A stretch of 64,000 bases of DNA from the NCBI GenBank assembly GCA_963843145.1, contig CAWJJC010000028.1, positions 416,001 through 480,000 of the forward strand, written 5' to 3'. Both the position numbers and the translations under genes were made by a program. The DNA is from an uncultured delta proteobacterium. Lineage in GTDB: Bacteria; Desulfobacterota; RBG-13-43-22. The notes under the pieces are model-generated. The model ran no database searches. It worked only from the letters and a program-made list of their open reading frames with translations, and was not told where the DNA came from. How positions within the stretch are numbered: the stretch's first letter is position 1; each line of letters begins with the position of its first letter. This document shows positions 58,735 through 64,000 of this stretch, in pieces.

Positions 58735-59295
58735 TCAGTCCAGGGGAAGGGTTCCCCGGCAATTCGGGTAACCTGAACAGCCTAGAAATTGGGAACCGGC
58801 TTGTTTACCCTGTCGGGCGGTACGCACCACCAGGGATTTGCCACAAAGCGGGCAAAGGGGAAGGTTTTTCTTGGGCCGATTCGTCCGATGCCTTTTCTCC
58901 ACCTCCCGAACCGCTATCGCCTCCGGATCGTCTTTCCCCCATTGCCCCAGACCGCGCTGGCGCAGAAAATCCTCGTAGTCAAGTAAGAGATCATCAAGGC
59001 TGGCCCGGGCGACGTTTACCAGGCGCAGTTCGGTCTGGGTCGAGGTCGCCGAGGCGCGGCTGCCTTCAGCGATATTCTGCCTTCCGCTACGAGCGGCCTG
59101 CACCATCTGGTCCACCGTGCGCGAGCGTTTATCCAGAAAACGGGCGCAAAACGACACCGTGGCGTCGTAGATTAGCGTCGCGGCTTGGAAGGAACGCAAT
59201 TGGCGATAGCCCCCGCTCGGGCGAATCCTTTCGGAGTTCAAGATTTCCTGGGACTTGTCGAATCCGTTCTTTTGGGTTGGCCTATCCATTTTCAT
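58735..59295 (-). CDS. Four-helix-bundle protein with a C-terminal topoisomerase-type C4 zinc ribbon
   Basis: GGYRQLRSF, DQMVQAARSGRQNIAEG, VARASL, DYEDFL; CPLCG...FLGCSGYPNC. Confidence 0.85.
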   Translation of the reverse strand: MKMDRPTQKNGFDKSQEILNSERIRPSGGYRQLRSFQAATLIYDATVSFCARFLDKRSRTVDQMVQAARSGRQNIAEGSRASATSTQTELRLVNVARASLDDLLLDYEDFLRQRGLGQWGKDDPEAIAVREVEKRHRTNRPKKNLPLCPLCGKSLVVRTARQGKQAGSQFLGCSGYPNCRGTLPLD

Positions 59296-60757
59296 GGTGT
59301 ATAGGCGGTTTTCGCCGGGCCCAGGGCCGGGCCTCCTCCAACTGGCCGGCCAGTTGAAACAAGGTTGCCTCATCGCCGAAGCGGCCGGCGAAATGGACCC
59401 CGATCGGAATATCTTTCTTGTTCCAGAAGAGGGGTACCGACATGGCCGGCTGGCCGGTTACGTTTTGGATCCGGGTGAAGGCCACCAGGGCCTCGGTAGC
59501 TTCCAGCCAGCGGTTGGGATCTTCAACGGACCATTGAAAAGAACCGAGCTTGACCGGGGGAACCCGCAGGGTAGGGGAGAGCAGCAGGTCATAATCGCCG
59601 TCGTGATACCAGTGAGCCACTTTTCGAGTGAAACGCTGAAGCTCTTCTAAACTCCCCAGATAATCACTCCCGGTGCGTTTTAATCCGGCCCGATAAAATA
59701 TCCAGGTAAGCGGTTCGAGCTGGTCCTGGGTTATTTCCTTGGCCAGCGTTTTCTCCCAGTACTTTTTTATGTGGCCCACCAGGCAGGTAAAGAGGCCGCC
59801 ATAGGCTGCTGCGAAATTCGACCAGGCCAGTTTTTTCGGGGGGACTTCTTCGACGTTATGCCCCAGTTCTTCGCAAATTCGAACAGCATCCTGCAGGGCC
59901 TCACGGCAATCCGGATGTAACTCGGTCTGGAAGGCCCAGCCCTCCGGGACCGAGGTCAGAAATCCGATCTTGAAAGGGCCGGTTACCCGACCGACCTCCT
60001 CCCGGAACGGGCGTTCTCTAAATGGGGAGGCGTAGGCATCGCCCAGGTCCGGTCCGGAGGTCAGGTCCAGCAGGGCGGCCGAGTCTCGCACGGTGCGGGT
60101 CAGCCCATGTTCGTGGACCAATCCGCTTCCCAGATCAAAAAAATGAGGCCCCAGAGGGTTCCGTCCCCGAGTAGGCTTCAAACCGAAAACTCCGCAACAG
60201 GAAGCCGGAATCCGGATGGACCCGCCGGCATCATTCCCATGGGCCAAGGGCACGATTCCTGCCGCCACGGCCGCGGCCGCCCCGCCGCTGGAACCGCCGG
60301 GGGTTAAATCCGGATCCCAGGGGTTATGGGTCGGCCCATGCAATAACGGCTCGGTGGTGGGCAGGCAGCCGAATTCGGGAGTGTTTGTCTTGCCGACGAT
60401 GACCAATCCCCCGGCCCGCAGGCGTCCGACCAGTTCGCTATCCTGCCGGGAGATATATCCCCGGACCGCGCGTGACCCTTCCTGGAAAGGCGTGCCTGCG
60501 TATTCGGCAATCAGGTCCTTTAACAGGAAAGGAACGCCGGCGAAAACGGCAATCCCTGTTTTCCCGGCCCGGATTTTAGCCGACCACTGCTCCGCCTCGG
60601 ACCGGGCCTGGTCGTAGAGTTTGTGGATCACGGCGTTGAGCCGAGGGTTGACTCGCTCGATCCGTTCGATGGTGATCTCCAGAAGATCCAGGGGATTGAT
60701 ATCACCTTTACGGATCAGCGTTCCTAATTCTAGGGCGTCACAACCGGTCCATTCATC
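59282..60757 (-). CDS. Amidase-signature family protein (5' start codon apparently disrupted)
   Basis: [31 protein letters not shown]; homologous N-terminus continues in frame to a TGA at 60758-60760 without an ATG. Confidence 0.85.
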   Translation of the reverse strand, partial: DEWTGCDALELGTLIRKGDINPLDLLEITIERIERVNPRLNAVIHKLYDQARSEAEQWSAKIRAGKTGIAVFAGVPFLLKDLIAEYAGTPFQEGSRAVRGYISRQDSELVGRLRAGGLVIVGKTNTPEFGCLPTTEPLLHGPTHNPWDPDLTPGGSSGGAAAAVAAGIVPLAHGNDAGGSIRIPASCCGVFGLKPTRGRNPLGPHFFDLGSGLVHEHGLTRTVRDSAALLDLTSGPDLGDAYASPFRERPFREEVGRVTGPFKIGFLTSVPEGWAFQTELHPDCREALQDAVRICEELGHNVEEVPPKKLAWSNFAAAYGGLFTCLVGHIKKYWEKTLAKEITQDQLEPLTWIFYRAGLKRTGSDYLGSLEELQRFTRKVAHWYHDGDYDLLLSPTLRVPPVKLGSFQWSVEDPNRWLEATEALVAFTRIQNVTGQPAMSVPLFWNKKDIPIGVHFAGRFGDEATLFQLAGQLEEARPWARRKPPIHHENG

Positions 60758-60782
60758 TCACAGCCAGATCCTTCCGGGTTGG

Positions 60783-61310
60783 CTAGGGTTTAGGCAGGAT
60801 AACCGGCTGATTGGATTCCAGCTTTTGCTGAAACTCTTTCCAAAAAGATTCATCCGCTTTCTGCCAGCCGGCTCCGAAACGGGTGTTGAAAAATCCCCCC
60901 AACTTTTCAAAAAGGCGTTTCCAACCGGGGGCTGATTCGTAGCGGAGGACGTCTTCCAGGAAGGGGACAATTTCACTGAGCTTTTCCTTGGGCAGATAGG
61001 CCCGGGCGCCCATTTCGATGGAACGCTTTATGGCTTCGGGAGACAAGGCATGGGCCGTAAGCATGGCGATTGGGAATCCCCTGACCACGGCCTCTTGAAG
61101 CAGATCGAAACCCCGGACCCCCATGATATCCAGGACCACCAGATCATAGGTGTAGGATCGCAGATGGTCGAGGGCCGATTCATAGGTGCTCGCCTGATGG
61201 AGGATGCAGCCCCCACAGACTTCCGTAATATCTTCTTTTAAGATTTCTAAAACGTCCGGTTCATCATCTACTGTCAAAATCACTTTTCCTTTTAAAATCG
61301 ATTCTTGCAT
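60783..61310 (-). CDS. Response regulator receiver protein
   Basis: LTVDDE, VVLDIMG, MLTAH, YLPK. Confidence 0.88.
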   Translation of the reverse strand: MQESILKGKVILTVDDEPDVLEILKEDITEVCGGCILHQASTYESALDHLRSYTYDLVVLDIMGVRGFDLLQEAVVRGFPIAMLTAHALSPEAIKRSIEMGARAYLPKEKLSEIVPFLEDVLRYESAPGWKRLFEKLGGFFNTRFGAGWQKADESFWKEFQQKLESNQPVILPKP

Positions 61311-61483
61311 TGGAACGTCCTTTGGTAATGTTTAATTTGTACAAAAAATCTTTTTGTGCTTTTAATCTATCATTATAATGCTTATCTCCTATCCGGACAA
61401 CTGTAAAAATTTGAAGACGAATTTATCCGGCGAACGTACTTACTTTATGATATAATCGCTTCAGAAAAAATGGAGAGGTTGCT

Positions 61484-61843
61484 ATGGAATGCGCACGTTG
61501 TCAAGACCCCATCGAATCAGGGGAGGAGAGGGAATACGCCGGCCGGGTCCTCTGTGAAGACTGCTACATGGATGCCCTGTCGCCGGCCAAGACTTGCGAT
61601 CCCTGGGCGGTGCACAGCGCCAAATCATTTGCCCAGGCCGGGGGGGCCGCACCGGTCCTCAGTCCCTTGCAAAAACAAATTGTGGAATACTTACAGGAGA
61701 CCGGCGGCGTTGAACCTCGGCAGATTTCCGAACGGTTTCAGATCAAGCCGGCCGACCTGGAGCGGGAAATCGCCTCCTTGCGGCATATGGAGAAGATCCG
61801 GGGAGAGCTGCGGGAAGGGCGGAAGATCATTAAGACCTGGTAG
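61484..61843 (+). CDS. Zinc-finger plus winged-helix-like hypothetical protein
   Basis: CARC...LCEDC...CDPWAV, C-terminal helix-turn-helix pattern; GGAGAGG RBS. Confidence 0.8.
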   Translation: MECARCQDPIESGEEREYAGRVLCEDCYMDALSPAKTCDPWAVHSAKSFAQAGGAAPVLSPLQKQIVEYLQETGGVEPRQISERFQIKPADLEREIASLRHMEKIRGELREGRKIIKTW

Positions 61844-62753
61844 CTAATTTCTGGGCCAGGTGGCGCACCCGGGCCTCCAGGTTGATTCGGTAGGCCGGCT
61901 CCGGCTGTTTGGGTTCAGGCCGGGAGTCATATTCATCGGCTTTGATCCATTCGACTACCCGCCGGATATCCCCGTCCTCCCGGGTCAGCAGATCAACTAC
62001 TTGATTTTTGAATTGAGGAGCCGTCCGGAGCGACCGTTTAAAATAATCCGCCACCTCCGACCCGGTGTAAACCAGGCGGTGGCCTTGGCAAAGGGTGTCC
62101 ACCTTGAGGGCCGCCAGCCGGGTCAGGGATTTTAAATAGACCTCATAGTCCACTAAAAATTCGGTGACCACATACCCCGTGGTATCGGCGCAGCCCACCG
62201 CTTCGGAAGCAATCAAGATCTTTCGTTCCGGGATGTAGTAGCTCAGAAAATCCCAGGTATGCCCTGGCGTGGCCATCACCTGGACGGAAAGCCCCGGCCC
62301 CAGTTCTATCCGCTCTCCATCCACCAGGACCCGATCCACCTCGAAGGGCTGAAAGGGTCCGCCCAGGCGCAGTTCCGGTTTCCAGCGGTTGACCGTGTCC
62401 GCCGCCGAATCATTTAAGTCGGCCATCAGCTTCCGAGCGTTAGGACGCCGGACAATCTCGGCCGCCCGTTGGGAAGCGGCAATGAGCAACCCGGGGAAGG
62501 CCTTTTTTAGATAAGCCGCGGCCCCGCAGTGGTCGAAGTGGACATGGGTCAGGAAAAGGATTTTCGGGCTTCTCCCCCCCAGGATTTTCCGGATGGCCTG
62601 TTCATAGAGAGGGCCCAAGACGCTGAAGCCGGCATCGAACAGAACCGGCCGGTCGCCGTCCAGGAGATAGGAAGGGACTTCACTGGCCCCGATGACGTAA
62701 AAGCCCGGGGCCACTTCGCCGGTTTTATCGAAAATCAAAAGGAAGCCTTTCAC
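61830..62753 (-). CDS. Metallo-beta-lactamase-fold hydrolase
   Basis: THVHFDH, TPGHT, CQGH. Confidence 0.88.
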   Translation of the reverse strand: MKGFLLIFDKTGEVAPGFYVIGASEVPSYLLDGDRPVLFDAGFSVLGPLYEQAIRKILGGRSPKILFLTHVHFDHCGAAAYLKKAFPGLLIAASQRAAEIVRRPNARKLMADLNDSAADTVNRWKPELRLGGPFQPFEVDRVLVDGERIELGPGLSVQVMATPGHTWDFLSYYIPERKILIASEAVGCADTTGYVVTEFLVDYEVYLKSLTRLAALKVDTLCQGHRLVYTGSEVADYFKRSLRTAPQFKNQVVDLLTREDGDIRRVVEWIKADEYDSRPEPKQPEPAYRINLEARVRHLAQKLATRS

Positions 62754-62784
62754 AACAAGCGGAAGGTCAGTGCTATGTTCGTAT

Positions 62785-62947
62785 TAAACCCGCATGCTCG
62801 GGGGGGGCACCCCAAGGCATAAAAATAATAGGGCCGAGACAACTCTCTAACCGCATGATATTAATAATCAATAATCAATTGTTCATTATCAATTGACTAT
62901 TGATTATTGGCCTTTTTGCAGGTCATAGAGTCTATTTTCGTTAAACC
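62785..62947. repeat. MITE-like family-A element, second full copy
   Basis: Near-identical to 19942-20106, TAAACC at both ends. Confidence 0.9.
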
Positions 62948-63005
62948 CCCAAGGAACTAGTATGTGCCTTGATTGCGCTCGGCACCCAACGCTTCGCGCT
63001 CCGCC

Positions 63006-63497
63006 TTACCCCACCGGGTCTTTAATCGTGAAGTAGCGGTTGGACAACCAGGCCAGGGGAACGGCTTTTTCATCCACCCGGTAATCGACCGCCTCGGCCA
63101 AATAGATGACATATTTCCCGACCGGATAGGAGGTGACCACCCGGCATTCGAGAAAGGCGTAAGAACCCTTGATGCCCGGCGAGGCGATGACTCTTGATTT
63201 CTCCAGGCCGATTTTAAACTTGGCGAATTTATCGACCCGGCTGCCATGCGTCGCACCCAGGGCCTTGGCCAGTTTGACCTGGCCGGCGGAGGCGATATTC
63301 AGGACAAATTCCGCTGATTCTTCGATCAACTGATAGGTGGTGGAGGACTTGGCCACGCTGACCACAAAATAGGCCGGGTCCTCGGAAACGAACATGCAGG
63401 TAGCGGTCATAGCATCTTTTTTCTTTTTGCCGGCAACACTCAGCAGCACCACCGAACAGGGAACCCAACGGGCGACATTGGTCATTTTTTTTTCCAT
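63006..63497 (-). CDS. Flavin reductase-family protein
   Basis: AMTATC..VSEDP, EFVLNI, DKF, LECRV. Confidence 0.85.
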   Translation of the reverse strand: MEKKMTNVARWVPCSVVLLSVAGKKKKDAMTATCMFVSEDPAYFVVSVAKSSTTYQLIEESAEFVLNIASAGQVKLAKALGATHGSRVDKFAKFKIGLEKSRVIASPGIKGSYAFLECRVVTSYPVGKYVIYLAEAVDYRVDEKAVPLAWLSNRYFTIKDPVG

Positions 63498-63859
63498 AAC
63501 CGACCTCCTATTTTATTAAGCAATACCTGTCTGCATCTTGAACGATCCGTTCTTTTTTTGCAAGCCAATCCAGATGCTTTTTCATAATGGCCCTTTCCCC
63601 GAACTCGAAAAAGGCCCGGGGTAGGGAGGACTTCGACGGTCAAGGAACCCAGATCGATGATTTCTCCATCCACATGCCAGTGGCTGAGCCAGATCTGGCG
63701 GACGGGCCTGGTATCCCGCAGCTTAATCAAGGCTTTTCGATCCGAGCCCGGATCGATCAGGATTCCGGCTTCTTCGATATAGACCGGGTTGCAATAGGGA
63801 TAACGCCCCCGGTTTTCACCTGGAATAAATCGAAGGGGGCCTACTGGTTGGCCAATCAT
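63482..63859 (-). pseudogene. Internally deleted metallo-beta-lactamase-fold gene
   Basis: ILIDP...WLSHWH joins directly to DGEIIDLG..VLPTPG and then diverges; the DH of HxHxDH and the His after TPG are missing. Confidence 0.72.
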
Positions 63860-63890
63860 CCCGCGTTATGTTCCTCTGGTTGCTTCCGCA

Positions 63891-64000
63891 TTAAATCACG
63901 CCGCGGTAATAGGCCAATTGGCGGGCATAGGGGGCAAAGCGCTGAGTCAAGTTTTCCTGTTCACTCGGAGAAAGGGGCTCGAAATCCCGACCGGCAGCAG
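63891..64000 (-). CDS. 3' end of a gene entering from the right edge, possibly an aldo/keto reductase
   Basis: Hand translation: AAGRDFEPLSPSEQENLTQRFAPYARQLAYYRGVI*. Confidence 0.5.
   Translation of the reverse strand, partial: AAGRDFEPLSPSEQENLTQRFAPYARQLAYYRGVI

Overview
Bacterial chromosomal window whose gene content fits an anaerobic Deltaproteobacterium (Desulfobacterota-like; inferred, not searched). Left end: a signalling cluster (PAS histidine kinase, membrane GAF protein, FliA-type sigma, two REC-HD-GYP proteins, NtrC-type activator). Core genes: two 2-oxoacid:ferredoxin oxidoreductase operons, fabD, hpt, a K+ channel, system II cytochrome c biogenesis, serS, queD, tadA, dnaX, ybaB, recR, ilvBN, livKHMGF, sfsA and four tRNAs (Met, Ser x2, Asn). 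Accessory regions: (i) about 7 kb between dnaX and ybaB with an ArsC fusion, a divergent lipoprotein paralog pair and a deletion-damaged chrB-MFS-chrA operon; (ii) an islet after tRNA-Asn with a repeat-flanked GIY-YIG nuclease, an XRE regulator with an operator, and a coupled Schlafen/AlbA_2-ATPase plus ParA-like pair (candidate defence system); (iii) an AT-rich pair of secreted proteins, one ending in a Chloroflexi-type LPxxxK motif. Intergenic DNA holds several nested palindromic repeat families, and a structured, terminator-containing leader precedes a 542-aa GNAT gene. All calls come from motif recognition by eye; no searches were run.
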